From Chrysomallon squamiferum (Eukaryota > Animalia > Mollusca), in NCBI GenBank assembly GCA_012295275.1, contig CM022673.1, positions 8,556,001 to 8,620,000 on the forward strand: a stretch of DNA of 64,000 bases. The letters run 5' to 3'. This document shows, piece after piece, positions 41,876 to 54,360 of the stretch. The notes under the pieces are model-generated. The model was not told the DNA's origin, made no database searches, and saw only the letters and a program-made list of their open reading frames with translations. Position 1 is the stretch's first letter. Each line of letters begins with the position of its first letter. The position numbers and the translations under genes were made by a program.

Positions 41876-42528
41876 TCAGTGTTTTTTCTTTTTTTCAAGA
41901 TTGACAAGTTTTTGTGCCAGTTTTCGGGTGTGGCCAGCTGGGTCTTGTCTGCTGCTGTTTCTTTTAACCTCTTTCTTAGTCCTCCGTTTGCCGCCGTGCC
42001 CCAACTTGACATACCTGAAACAAATTATTTATTTGATTTATTTTCACTTACGTAACAGAACATCCCGTAAATTTCCTTTGTAAAGTGTTTAAAAACTTTT
42101 ATTAAATTGGAAGAGAACGAAAACTCGATTATTGCTAGCGTGGATCAGATATTTTATAATATTAATAATAATAACGTATGTGTGTGTGTGTGTGTGTGTA
42201 TATTTATGTGTGTGTGTATACATATTTATAAAAAAAAAAAATAAAGCAAACAAAATAACATAATGCCATTGCAGGGCGCTTAGCCGAAATAAATAATGTT
42301 TCTCCTGTTTACTTAATTTTTGTAGCTCACTGATTTCTAATAATACATATCTTCAAACTGACCACAAAAGAATTAATTAACTAATTAATTAATTACTAAT
42401 AATAATAATAATAATAACAGCAAGAACAACAACAACAATAATGATAATAAAATAAAAACTTACTTGTCCTGATCTATGCTGTATAGATCACATTTGTCCA
42501 TATAATTCTCGATGAAGTAATTCGACAT
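41876..42528 (-). CDS. NUPR1: Nuclear protein 1 / p8, 67 aa. complement(join(41876..42014,42464..42528)): MSNYFIENYMDKCDLYSIDQDKYVKLGHGGKRRTKKEVKRNSSRQDPAGHTRKLAQKLVNLEKKKKH
   Basis: GTAAGT donor (42463-42458), tttcAG acceptor before 42014, 204-nt open frame. Motifs DLYS, GK.RTK.E and P.GH.RKL..KL.N.E.KK match the p8/NUPR family. Confidence 0.92.
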
Positions 42529-42599
42529 AGCTGTCTTGTATGTTACCGTTGTTGAATAATACAAATATATTGTCAGATCTGTTCATAACATCGGTCTTG

Positions 42600-42920
42600 C
42601 CGTCTGCCCAGTATATATATAGGAAAATTGCGTCGACTCACGTGACCCAGTCGTAAACAAGATGACGAATCGTTGACGTGTTTTACCAGCTGTTGATGTC
42701 GATTCGGCGTATGTTTGAGTAATTAATGAGTAATACTATGAAATATTTTTATTTTTGACTGTACTACGAACAGGGCATTTTAGACATAGTAGTGCTAGTG
42801 GTGGTGGTGGTGGTGGTGGGTGAACAAGTGGAGATAAACATTTGCCACTGTAACAGCTGTTTTCAGAACACGTCGAATATACTGGAAATTCCTAGAAACG
42901 TCATCTGTATTGTGACTCAC
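42600..42920 (-). promoter_or_regulatory. NUPR1 proximal promoter
   Basis: TATA-like tatatatata 42612-42621; GTCACGTGA E-box 42638-42646; TGACG half-sites near 42663 and 42674; AP-1 TGACTCA 42913-42919; CpG-rich. Confidence 0.55.
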
Positions 42921-45900
42921 AGATATATGATAAGAGTTTTAAAATAAAATCTGACATAAGCATTTTACTTTCACTTTCATAAAATAAAAATAAAAAACGC
43001 ATTAAAATTATAAACATTATTTCAAAGCCGTGGGCAACATGAATTTGACGTTAACTGCCTCCATGTTTTTGCATTTCATATTTCTACATTTCGAAACTGA
43101 ATCAGTAACGATTACACTATATCGGTGTAAATAATATGTTATATATTCGTTTTATGTATTATCATTATAATCTTTAAGAAAGAAAGGACCACAAAGCCTT
43201 GTTTATATTATTGTAACTATTTTCTCTTGTGGCTGAAACTTTAGATATCATCTAAACACAATTAATCATCTCTATGTAGTAAAATTGTCTTCCTTTTCAT
43301 TATTTTATAAATAATAATAATAATCATAATAATTATTAGAATTAAAAAAAAAGTCTATATTAAATTAAAATTAAATTATATATATATATAATAAATTAAA
43401 TAAATATATATATTGGTAAATTGTAAAATGTAAAACTATTTGCAAAAATTAAATAAAGGAAAAAATAATTCTAAGTAATGACATGTGGAGAGATCTTTTT
43501 TGCTTGTAAAATTTGCGTAAATGACGGCTCTATTTAGTATATCCATTTTTGTGTAGTGGGTAGTAGTAGTGACCCGCGCATCCTCTACACGGCAATAATT
43601 TTTGTAATGTAGCTGTTGATGTTTTTCTTCTTCTTCTTCTTCTTCTTCTTCTTCTTCTTCTTTCTCTGCTCTTCTGGAATTTATTTCCATTATTATTGAG
43701 TATAATTAAGTAATAATTGCATCTTCAAAATTATAACTTGCATAAAATTAAAAAAAAAAAACAATAGCAACAACAACAACAACAACAAATGATAATGATG
43801 ACGATGCTCATGATATCCATGGTGATGATGCCGGTAATGACAACGACAAATGATCGAATTCGTGAAACTTTAGAAAAATTAAAGAGAAGAAAAATATGGA
43901 GTTTTTCTCTCTGCAATATTTAGTTCCATGTATAGAACGACGTATGTACAGAAAAAAGACATACGTAATTTAATATATGTTGGTACGCTAAGTTGACAGA
44001 CTACACAGTGAAACGATATTAAATTATGTGGTGACGTGAAACAATAATAATAATAATAATAATAGAATTAAAAAAAAAAAGTCTATAATAAAATAAAATG
44101 AGACTAATATAAACAAAATAAATTAAATAAATATATTAATGAATTAATAAATTAAAATAAAATAAGGAAACATTTTAAAAAATGAACTGAAAGGAACAAA
44201 AAGTGTAATAGAATAACAAACAAAAACGTAAAAACCAAATAAAAAAAAATAAAATGGGCAAAACCAGAAACAATTAAAATAATTAGAATTCCTGTAAAAC
44301 CAGAACCTCATCCATTAGAAGTATGTCATTCCAATTTTATAGAAATTGTCGTTCACAGAGGCATTCTGATATCAGAATAGCAACTAAATAAAATGAAAAT
44401 AATAACTTTTAAGAGAATGTCAGTACATTCAAATGAAATGTTTTAAGTATACATAGATAGATAGAAAGGTATTTACATAGATATACAGATAAATTGATAG
44501 ATGATAGATAGATAGATATTATGATGAAACATTAATAATGAATGGGAAAGAGGCAGATCATTCAAATTACATCTGTACACTCTTAAAACATACACATACA
44601 TACACACAAACACACGCAGACAATGACACATATTTGTTCATCATGTTAGAGGAAACAGTGCTCCTAACAATGTTAAAACCTGGATACATTTGTAAAAAAC
44701 AGAAAAAGTTCCTCTATGAAAATATATTTCACTATTCCAAAGTTAATTGTTTATTTATCCTTAAATAAATAATAAAAAAAAAACATTTGTATATTTCTTG
44801 CACTGACTTAATATTATAAAATTAACATTAATTAATAATATTCACTTTAACTTCACATTATGTAGATAGATAGGTAGTAAACAATTCTTAAATTTTTCTA
44901 AGAATTTTCACGACCGAAAAAAACAACAACAATGCCTTCATAATCTTTTCAAACTCAACAAAGCATTTTTGATATATTCATTAATTACATAATTAGTAAT
45001 AATATTATCGTAATTTACAACCGCTAGCAATTTACAACTGGCCTATCGCTGAAGGGGCCACAGGCGCAAAATATCAAAAGAAAAGAAAAATAACGAGCTC
45101 TCCCCTTACACTGAATATAACCTCTAACGTCAACAAGTATTGACGTCAGCAAGTCCTATTTCATACAACTGCAGGTTAACATGGCCAAGGGGTTCGTTCA
45201 CGCCTGGATTACGTTCAAAACATTTCGTGACTATCTTTTTTTTTATATATAAATTCCTATGGGGCGTTTGTATAGTTCCTTCTATGAACGCTTAGTCTTT
45301 TTGTGATCGTAGAACTTCGCTGGAGTAATTAGTGGGCAAGAAAATAACATATATTTTATAAAGATAATAATAACTAAATTAACAAATTCATAAAATGAAT
45401 CTACTTCGTATTCGTAAGTTTAGATGGTTCAGCTAACCAAGGGAAGAAACTCCAATCAGCCTTAAATTGTAAAATAGGTATTTCGGAATTTATTTACGAA
45501 AAGCTGTACTTACCTTTCTGTTTATACAAATATACAGACATCCTTATACTTCCTGAAAGACAAATATATTAAAATAGGTAGACAAACAACAAACAAATAA
45601 ATATGAAAAAAATTAGGAAGTACGTAAATTCATAAATGGATCAATAATTATTAAATATCTTGAAACATGAAAATCAATAAGTGAGTAAATAAATCATTAG
45701 TAGATATATATATATATTTTATTATTATTTTTTTTTTTTAAATTGATAAAAAAAAAATAAAGAAGTGTATGAATTAATAAATAACAATAATAAATTGAAC
45801 AATAATAAATGAAATACTCTCATTAGGTGTTGAAAATGGAATAATAGAATCGTGAAAATATTTTATATGCCACCAGAAATTTTAGTATTTCTATTACAGA

Positions 45901-46215
45901 TTTCAAAGATTTGTACTTGTATTGTCTAACAACACACACACATTCACGTTTGTTTATATATGAATTAAAAAAATAAGTAAATAAAAACAAAAATAATTTA
46001 AAATAAAGATTACATCAAATGGCATGACATTAAATAGATGTTTGAGGATGTCTGGGGTTTTTTTTACGTTTTTGTTTGAAACTACAGAGTGAAACTATTT
46101 ATACAGCGCACTAATGTTTTGCAACTGACAGATATCTCAAAATATTATTTAAAATTTCCCAGACAGACAAAAAAAACAATCAAAAAAAAACAACAACAAA
46201 CAAACAAAAATGTTT

Positions 46216-46284
46216 AGCCATGACTAGGTCTCGAATATGGGTTATTACGGCTACAATGCTTTATACTAACATCTGTAACAAAGC
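46216..46284 (-). pseudogene. Decayed tRNA-His copy
   Basis: Minus strand gttagtataaagcattgtagccgtaataacccatattcgagacctagtcatggct aligns with gttagtaccttgcgttgtggccgcaataacccaggttcgaatcctggtcacggca of the intact gene; stems broken. Confidence 0.7.
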
Positions 46285-47596
46285 AGAAATATTATAAGAT
46301 CTGAAAATTAAACAGTTTTGTCTTGTCTGTGAGGTTTGTTTTTCAGTAAATTTGCTGAAGAATTTTTAAAAATAAAGTAAATAATTCAATTTGTAATATT
46401 GCTGTTGACAGTGTAAAAATGAAAGCAACTTAATGCAATGTTGTTCAATAAAAACAGAAAATTAACGCATCTCAATCGTATCTTGATAAACTGATTTACA
46501 CATATAAAATTTTAACTTCACAAAATAATAAATAACTAGTAATATCGTGAAGAACAAGACAAATAAGAAGAATAAAAATCGTAATCATTTCACGTAGTTT
46601 TTGCTTGTTAATTGCTATCATTTTCCCTTCTTTATTTTTGTACGTAACAAGAAAAAAGTCATCAATGCTGTAAAGTGCAAGAATTGTGAAGAACTAAAAA
46701 CAGAAATCAATAACAATAAAATAACTCCCTAAGCCATTATTTGGCTAAAGCAAATGAATTGCTATATCTATCCAAATCAAAACAGTGTTTCCTGAAGTAA
46801 AACAGGCATTTTATAAACTGAATCAATGAACTGAAAAAATAATCATGCATGTGGGGTTTTTTTTGTGTTTATATGTATGAGTGGGTTATATTTTATTTTA
46901 TTATTATTTTTTTTTTTTCTTATCTTTCAATCTTGCACTGAACATATGAAAATCATTTTAAAATAAAATAATACAAGAAAGAAAGAAAGAAAGAACGTAA
47001 ATAAAAAAAAAAAAAAAAAAAAAAGAAAAGAAAAAGCTAGATAAAAAAGGAAGAAAAAAAAAAAAAAAAAAAAAAAACAATATAGAATTAACATCGTTAT
47101 ATTTAAGGGGGTGGAGGAAGAAAAGAAATAAAAGAAGAACAGATTTAAGTGGTTAGAGTTACTGAAATCTGATCACTACTTATTCTATACCTAGAAGTAA
47201 ACAATTATACATTTTAATACACTGAATGAGTGAATTCAAAAAGTTTTCATATATCATGTCACACGATACAGTGTTGCTAAAAACAGATGACACTGTAATC
47301 TGATACTTATGGAAAATTATTGTTATCTGAGTATGCTGGCTGAACTTCAGATACATTCGTTTTTATGTGTCATTTGATATATACATGCACACACAGACAG
47401 ACAAACGTATATATATACATATATATAGTTTATTTCAGACAGAATAAATCAGAAATGTGGGACACTTTGTTGTTATTTTTAAATCTTAGATAACAAAAAA
47501 GTAAATAAATGAATGAATGAATGAATAAATAAATAATAAATAAATAAATAAAAAATAAATTTTTTAAACAACAATAAGAAATATAAATAAAATATA

Positions 47597-47629
<33 letters not shown>

Positions 47630-47917
47630 TGTATGTATGTATGTATGTATGTATGTATTATGTATATGGTAGTTTCAATTTAGCATATTTCTTTACATTT
47701 ATTATATAAAAAAAACCTGCAAAGAAAAAAAAAAAGAAAAAAGAAACAGTTAAATTAATTGTCAAAAAAAATTACTGTCTGGTTTTCAGTTTTATCTTGA
47801 ATACATCATAATTAATACTCCATTTTGTAAATTTATTTGACTGATTTAGCTATTTTTCATTTCAAAAGTATTCACTTCCTAAACCTCTTAGTAGCATAAT
47901 CACAACAACAACAACAA

Positions 47918-47962
<45 letters not shown>

Positions 47963-48397
47963 CACAAAACAACAACAACAAAAAATAAATAAAGTACTGT
48001 AGGTTTATTCATTTAACTAAATTTATTAAATCAAACATTATTTAAGATATTTTTAAAGATAAAAAAAAATAAAAAATAAATAAATAAATAAAACAAAATA
48101 AACAAACGAAAGAACGAACTAAAATAAAGACTATTTACATTCACTTCAAACAACAGGTTAAATATAAACGGTTTTAACGCTGTGACATGAAATAAAAACT
48201 TTACGACGAATCGTACAGTCGTTGATTTTTCGCAGGTCAAACACCATATGCTATCGGTCCTTTTGTTTTTATTTATTTCGTTCATTTATTTATTTATTTT
48301 AAATTTTATCTAATAATTTAGGAATTTAGTTTAAATAAAATATCAAATTATGAAATTCTGCGATTATTTTCCACTATGACAGCGCATCTTCTTTGTA

Positions 48398-48469
48398 GCC
48401 GTGATCGTATAGTGGTTAGTACCTTGCGTTGTGGCCGCAATAACCCAGGTTCGAATCCTGGTCACGGCA
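48398..48469 (+). tRNA. tRNA-His-GTG: tRNA-His (anticodon GTG)
   Basis: 72 nt GCCGTGATCGTATAGTGGTTAGTACCTTGCGTTGTGGCCGCAATAACCCAGGTTCGAATCCTGGTCACGGCA; acceptor, anticodon and T stems pair; A and B boxes intact; Pol III T-run at 48480-48486. Confidence 0.97.
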
Positions 48470-48934
48470 AAGAATACCATTTTTTTATTATTTTCTTATT
48501 TTCTTATTTTTTCGTTTATTAAATTATTATTATTATTTATTGTTTTATATATTTACCATTATCTGTAGTTAATAGTAACAGCATCAACAATAAAATAATA
48601 GTAAATAAATATAAATAAAATTAATATATAAATAAATGAAATGAAATTAAAATATTTAGAAAATAGAAAAAAATCATATATATCTATATATATATATATA
48701 AAATGATAAACAGATATATATTTATATATATATATATAAAAAATGATAAACAGATACCTGAATGTTATCCCTGCTTTTTCAAGAAAACTGATGTAATCAT
48801 GATGCCTTAGTATGAGACAAAATATAATTCATTTGCCAATACCATAAAAATTCATTTGCACATGATGTGATGAATGTTTTCTAGCGTTTGAATTAAACAA
48901 ACTGAACCAACATAAACTTTATATATCAGGAAAG

Positions 48935-49046
<112 letters not shown>

Positions 49047-49502
49047 ATTCCAAATTTGTCATATAATTTCAATAAAACTTCTTCTTTTTTAACAAACTGA
49101 AAAATTTGTAACCAAATTAAATGTTGGATTTTTGCCCCATAATCTTGTGGGTGTCCGTCCCCACCCATGGGACAAAAGAGACAAATTTACGCCTTTTTAC
49201 ATCTGTGTATTTTCTTGAAGATATCTTGAAATGTAGTCTGGCTTGGCCTGCAGTCTGGCTTCTGAGGAAGGAGATATCGTTTAATTTCAGAAGGACTATT
49301 GTGTCTGCATTATATCCGTGATCGAATAGTGCAGATTTCCGGTTAAGGTTAGCGTCTGGTGATGTGCGGTTTCATCTCTGCTTCAGTTTTGTAAAACCTT
49401 CACACATATAATGCATTACATTAATTGAAGTATGTTGGGTAGAAAAAGCGATACATTTTTGTAGAAATAATTGGACCAACTGATTTAAGAAAGGAAACAA
49501 TG

Positions 49503-49533
<31 letters not shown>

Positions 49534-50997
49534 AACGTTTTTTAAATGAAGAAATGCACGGTTATCGGAAAACCCGGAAAATTTCGGGTGGTTACATAGT
49601 CGACTTTATAAGTGATCAGATGGATAATGTTATTCATTCATGTGTGTCAGAACGACAGATAGCTGCGAATTAATTATGACAGATATTATCCACGCCAGAC
49701 TAATTGCAGAAAAAACACCCAAAAACAAAACATATGGAGTTAAAATGTTTTAAACAGAAAGGAAGAGTGTTACATGAAGAAACACTTGTAGTATCATTTC
49801 TATATCTGTCTGCATGAAATTGATCAAACAGGACATAAATTCAAATCGATGAACATAAACATTTTAATTCCAGTAATTTTTATAAAGGAAGTAAAATAGA
49901 GGACGGAACACATTATTTAAGAGCACAATTTTCCCCGAAATTAAAAGTCTACCGTAGTCGGTAAAAAATTAAAACGGTAGAAGGTGTGCAACTCTTAAAA
50001 CGTTATACTTGACAATCACTTAAAAGTATGCTAAAACTGGGTGTCAGATCAACAAATAATTAAAGACTGCCTCAATTACCACACCTTTTTTGCTAGGAAA
50101 ATGGTCATATAATGAAAAAGTGTGACAACACCTTTTTTAAGTAGCAAATTCGTAGGGAAAACGAAAGGAATGTGTTTTTAGCACAGAGGATACTGAATAC
50201 AGTGATGACTGTAAAAGATATCGATGACCTGGAAACAAATGATATAAAACAAAGTAAGAAAAACATTACTAATATGACAAGTGAAGAAAAACAAAGTCAT
50301 CAAAGAAAAGTGAAAAACCAGAAGTGAAAACAAATTAAAAGGAAAATGACAGTGAAGAAAACATAAGGAAGATATATGCAGATCAAGACCGACTAAACGA
50401 CCCTTCATTCTGTCACAAAATCCAGTTTAAGGTTTACATATTTGTCACTATCTATAGGTAATATTATCATATTTAAACAAAAGCATCAACAATATAGATA
50501 AGAAAAAAGAATTAAATAAAATAATAAATACATATAAAGTAAAGAATAATGAAACGAAACAATACAATTATTCGAGAATAGAAATAAAAAAGAAAAAGAA
50601 AAGAAACAGAGAAAGAAATGAAATTAATAACAAATTAATTATTATAATTTACATTTTTTATTTTTATTTTTACATTGATGTAATAATCCATACAAAAGTC
50701 AACCACTGTATGCGTCGAAACGACAAACGACAAACGATGGTAATAATTAATTTAAACAATTTTGGAAATGATGAAATTCTCCTTTTTTTTTTCTCCTAAT
50801 TTTTTTTTTTTTCTTCCACTGGTCAAGTCACAGAAAAGTGCAAAAATGTTGTTAAATTAATTTACTTTTCATGATAGTTTTTTTTTTTTTTTTTTTTTCA
50901 GTTTTACATAATGATGACAATGTATGTAATAATATTATGTTTAACAAGAACATCAGCAATAAAATAATAAAATAAAAATAAAGTAAATAAATATATC

Positions 50998-51035
50998 TGG
51001 CCGCAATAACCCAGGTTAGAGTCCTGATCAAGGCA
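50998..51035 (+). pseudogene. 3' half of a tRNA-His
   Basis: tggccgcaataacccaggttagagtcctgatcaaggca differs from the intact gene's 3' 38 nt at 4 positions; followed by a T-run. Confidence 0.8.
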
Positions 51036-51040
51036 AAGCT

Positions 51041-51071
<31 letters not shown>

Positions 51072-51923
51072 TCGTTCACTCTCGATGGTATATTTAACAA
51101 GAACAGAAACACATAAATAAATAAATAAAAATAAATAAAATATATAAAATATAAATAAAAAAATATAAAAGTAAAAAATTATATAAAATAAAAATAAAAG
51201 TAATAATAAAGTATAAAAATAAAAACAATTATTAAAATTACCTTAGTATTCATATTTATTTTAGAAATAGCAGAACCAAATATGACCCTGATGAACTGAT
51301 AGCACAGGTCTTTCATGGACAGCTCACAAGAAAACTCAGATCTTTTGTAACTGTGATTGATCTCTCACTGAACAAATCATGTACAAATAGTTATTTGATT
51401 CATTTCAAAAGTATTAATGACAATGCGGATCAACGAAATGTTAAATAATTACACAATATTATATTTACAGAACATCTATTTCTGTCCATTAAATATACGT
51501 ACATCAGTGCAGAAATCACATTTAAAACAAATCGTGGATCAGAGTATTTCTGTTCACTGTTTTCTGCAGAAATTAAAAAATATAAATATTTGTAAACATA
51601 TTCTAAAAGTAATTTCCAATTATTTATCGGATTTTTAATAAGTAATTAAAGGAAAATGTTTACATAAATGAATGAACAGAAAGCTGATGAAAACTATTGA
51701 AAGATAATGTCATTTACGATGTAAAATAAAACATGTAAAACATACAAGCCATTTACATCGTGATCGGTGCTGGTAGAAGGGAATGAATGAGGCTTTTTCC
51801 TCTGAATCTTAAATTTATAGGCACATATCTACATAATAGTAACAATAATTCGGAAAAGGAACTACTGGAGAATACATATGCATATATCTTTACAATATTT
51901 TTACATTTATAAATATGTTTCGA

Positions 51924-52400
51924 TAAATATACGTACTCTGCAGAAATCTCTTAAAACAAATCTCTCTCTCTCTCTCTTTCTATTCTCTCTTTTCTGCAGA
52001 AATTAAAATCTCTCTCTTTCTCTCATATTCTCTCTCTCTCTCAATTCTTTATCGGATTTTTTAATAAGTAATAATAGTAACAATAATTCGGATAAGGAAC
52101 TGAACTGGAGAATACATATGCTTATATCTTTACAATATTTTTACATTTATAGATATGATTCGAAATGAAAACAAATCTCTCTCTCATTCTCTCTCTGATC
52201 GGTCTCTCTCTCAGAAGGAAATGAATTCTCTCTTTTTCTCTCTGAATCTTAAATTTATACGCACATATCTACATAATAGTAACAATAATTCGGAAAAGGA
52301 ACTATTGGAGAATACATATGCATATATCTTTACAATATTTTTACATTTATAAATATGTTTCGATATTAAAAAGTCTCTCTCTCTCTCTCTTTTTTTGCAC
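51924..52400. other. Chimeric copy of the adjacent 51490-51923 sequence interleaved with (TC)n; probable assembly/polishing artefact
   Basis: Differences from the upstream copy are almost all replacements by TC-repeat bases. Confidence 0.6.
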
Positions 52401-52481
52401 AGATAAATTTAACATGCATGTATTTTGTTTGGTTTTAAAATCTGTATTATTAAGTTTTATTTCTAAGGTTTAAGTTTGTAT

Positions 52482-52660
52482 TACTGTTGACCCACGATTT
52501 CACAAACCTCGTTTTTCACGGATTTCGGGAAATCCTGATCAAACATCGAAAAATCACAAAATCTGAACTTAACGCCATTTCCCACTTCAAACCTTGCCTC
52601 TTAAGATATTCCGAGTCCCCAATGCACAGTCACCGCAATACTCTCTCCGTCCAGATAAAT
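52482..52660. mobile_element. Decayed DNA-transposon end (pogo/Tigger-like TIR), copy 1
   Basis: TA-ctgttgacccacgatttcacaaacctcgtttttcacggatttcgg resembles the TA-CAGT...CCTCG..TTAACG sub-repeated ends of pogo-type MITEs (recalled pattern, not a database match); second copy at 54180-54360. Confidence 0.35.
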
Positions 52661-52765
52661 GGTTATATAAACAATTAAGTATAGAAATATTTTTGGGGGA
52701 AATATGTAAACACAATAATGAAATTTATATTCAGTTATTTATTTAATTTATAACCATAATAGATA

Positions 52766-52831
<66 letters not shown>

Positions 52832-53503
52832 TAAAAATAATAATAATAGGTAAATATTTTGTTTTTATTTTGGCTTACATAACCAAAATTGTTTCTAAGA
52901 CAAACCATTTTGGGGCAGAGGTGCATAAAATAACATGAAATGCTTCGGATATATATCATTACAGCGATAATAATAGGTAAATAATAAATTATAATAACAT
53001 TTAAATCATTAAATAATTTGTCCTGACAAATTAGAATTTATCCTGAGTCGGTACACGATGTTATACACTAAAATAATGTTTAAATTTGAATTTGGGTCAA
53101 ACAGTTCAGATTGTTTCGAATTTAAAACGAAGACTTCGACTAACTTCGGTTTTACATCTCTTTTAAATGACGTCATCAATACATTGTTTACTTAGATACA
53201 ATTGGCATTTTGGTGTTAATCGATCTCGAGTTACTTCTAACTCAACTTTCCTTGTGAATTTAAACTTTATATCTTGAACTGCATCTGCTAGCAATGGGTT
53301 TCTCATTTGTGTAAGTCTAATTTTTTCGAAGGTTCTTATAAAAGAGAGAAAACAAAACAAAGAGAGAGAGAGAAAAGAGAAAAGAGGTTTTCGAAGGTTC
53401 GTTTTCTGATAATTTGTTTCCCCATTCTTTCTTAATTCTTCAGGTATACAAATATTCAGTGAATGGATTGTGTAAAATAGCTGAACAATTTTGTTATTTT
53501 CAG

Positions 53504-53831
53504 AATCCGCGTGGAAGAGCCCATGGAGATATTCAACCTATGGAAGTTGATCCATTCGGCGAACCCAGGGTTATATACCGTAAGCAGAAGGTATGTAAAT
53601 AAAATATGCTGGCAGAGTATTTATATGTTACAAATATTCTCTTCATTTATATTAGACCCAGCTATGCTAGCAACTACGAATATAACACGTAGACATTTTA
53701 TTTGTTCTTGCAGAGGTGGACTTTCTGGTTATGCGAATGGGTCACGTCCATTGGTGGACACCGACATTCAGGGACTACACCATCTTGCCGTGTCTAGTGG
53801 GCTTCAGGTACAAGCGGACCTTGGCAGTTGA
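53504..53831 (+). other. Unidentified two-exon unit (53504..53590 and 53714..~53808/53831)
   Basis: Two GC-rich islands bounded by ttattttcAG, AAG|GTATGT and tttgttcttgcAG; 123-nt intron; two frames stay open across the junction. Confidence 0.4.
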
Positions 53832-53966
53832 CATGAAGACAAAAGTAGCTCAAACCATAAAATGGCAAAAATAGCTGATGAAAAATATTTAAGCACAATG
53901 CCATTTACGAAACATCGTAATAAGTGTAAAACATGCAAGCTATTTAGTCGTGATAAATGTGCTGAC

Positions 53967-54360
53967 AGAAGGAAATGAATGAAGCTTTTTCCTCTCAAGC
54001 TTACCTTTTTATATCTTTACAATATTTTTTTTTTACATTTATAAAGATTAAATACGATTTTTCGAAATTAAAAAGTTTTGTTTTTATTTTCTCTTTTACA
54101 GAGATAAGTTTAACAGATTTTGTTTTTAAAATACTTGTTATCACAATAGTAAGTATAGTTTCTAGGTTTTAAGTTGTATTACTCTTGACCCTCGATCTCA
54201 CAGACCTCGGGTTTTACGGATTTCGGGAAATCCAGACAAAACGTTAAAAAAAATCACAAAATTTGAACTTGCCGCCATTACCAACTTGAAACTTTACTTC
54301 TTAAGATATGCCGAGTCCGTCACTGATACTCTCTCTGAGACCGCTTTCCTTCCAGATAAA
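53967..54360. repeat. Diverged second copy of the block at ~51776-52660, including the TIR-like segment at 54180-54360
   Basis: Shared collinear strings agaagg.aatgaatga.gctttttcctct, tatatctttacaatatttt, acggatttcgggaaatcc, aaaatcacaaaat.tgaactt, cttaagatat.ccgagtcc, tccagataaat. Confidence 0.85.

Noticed and set aside
51757-51780. cgtgatcggtgctggtag as another tRNA-His 5' relic
   Set aside because: Match is too short and the paralogous block near 53948 does not preserve it.
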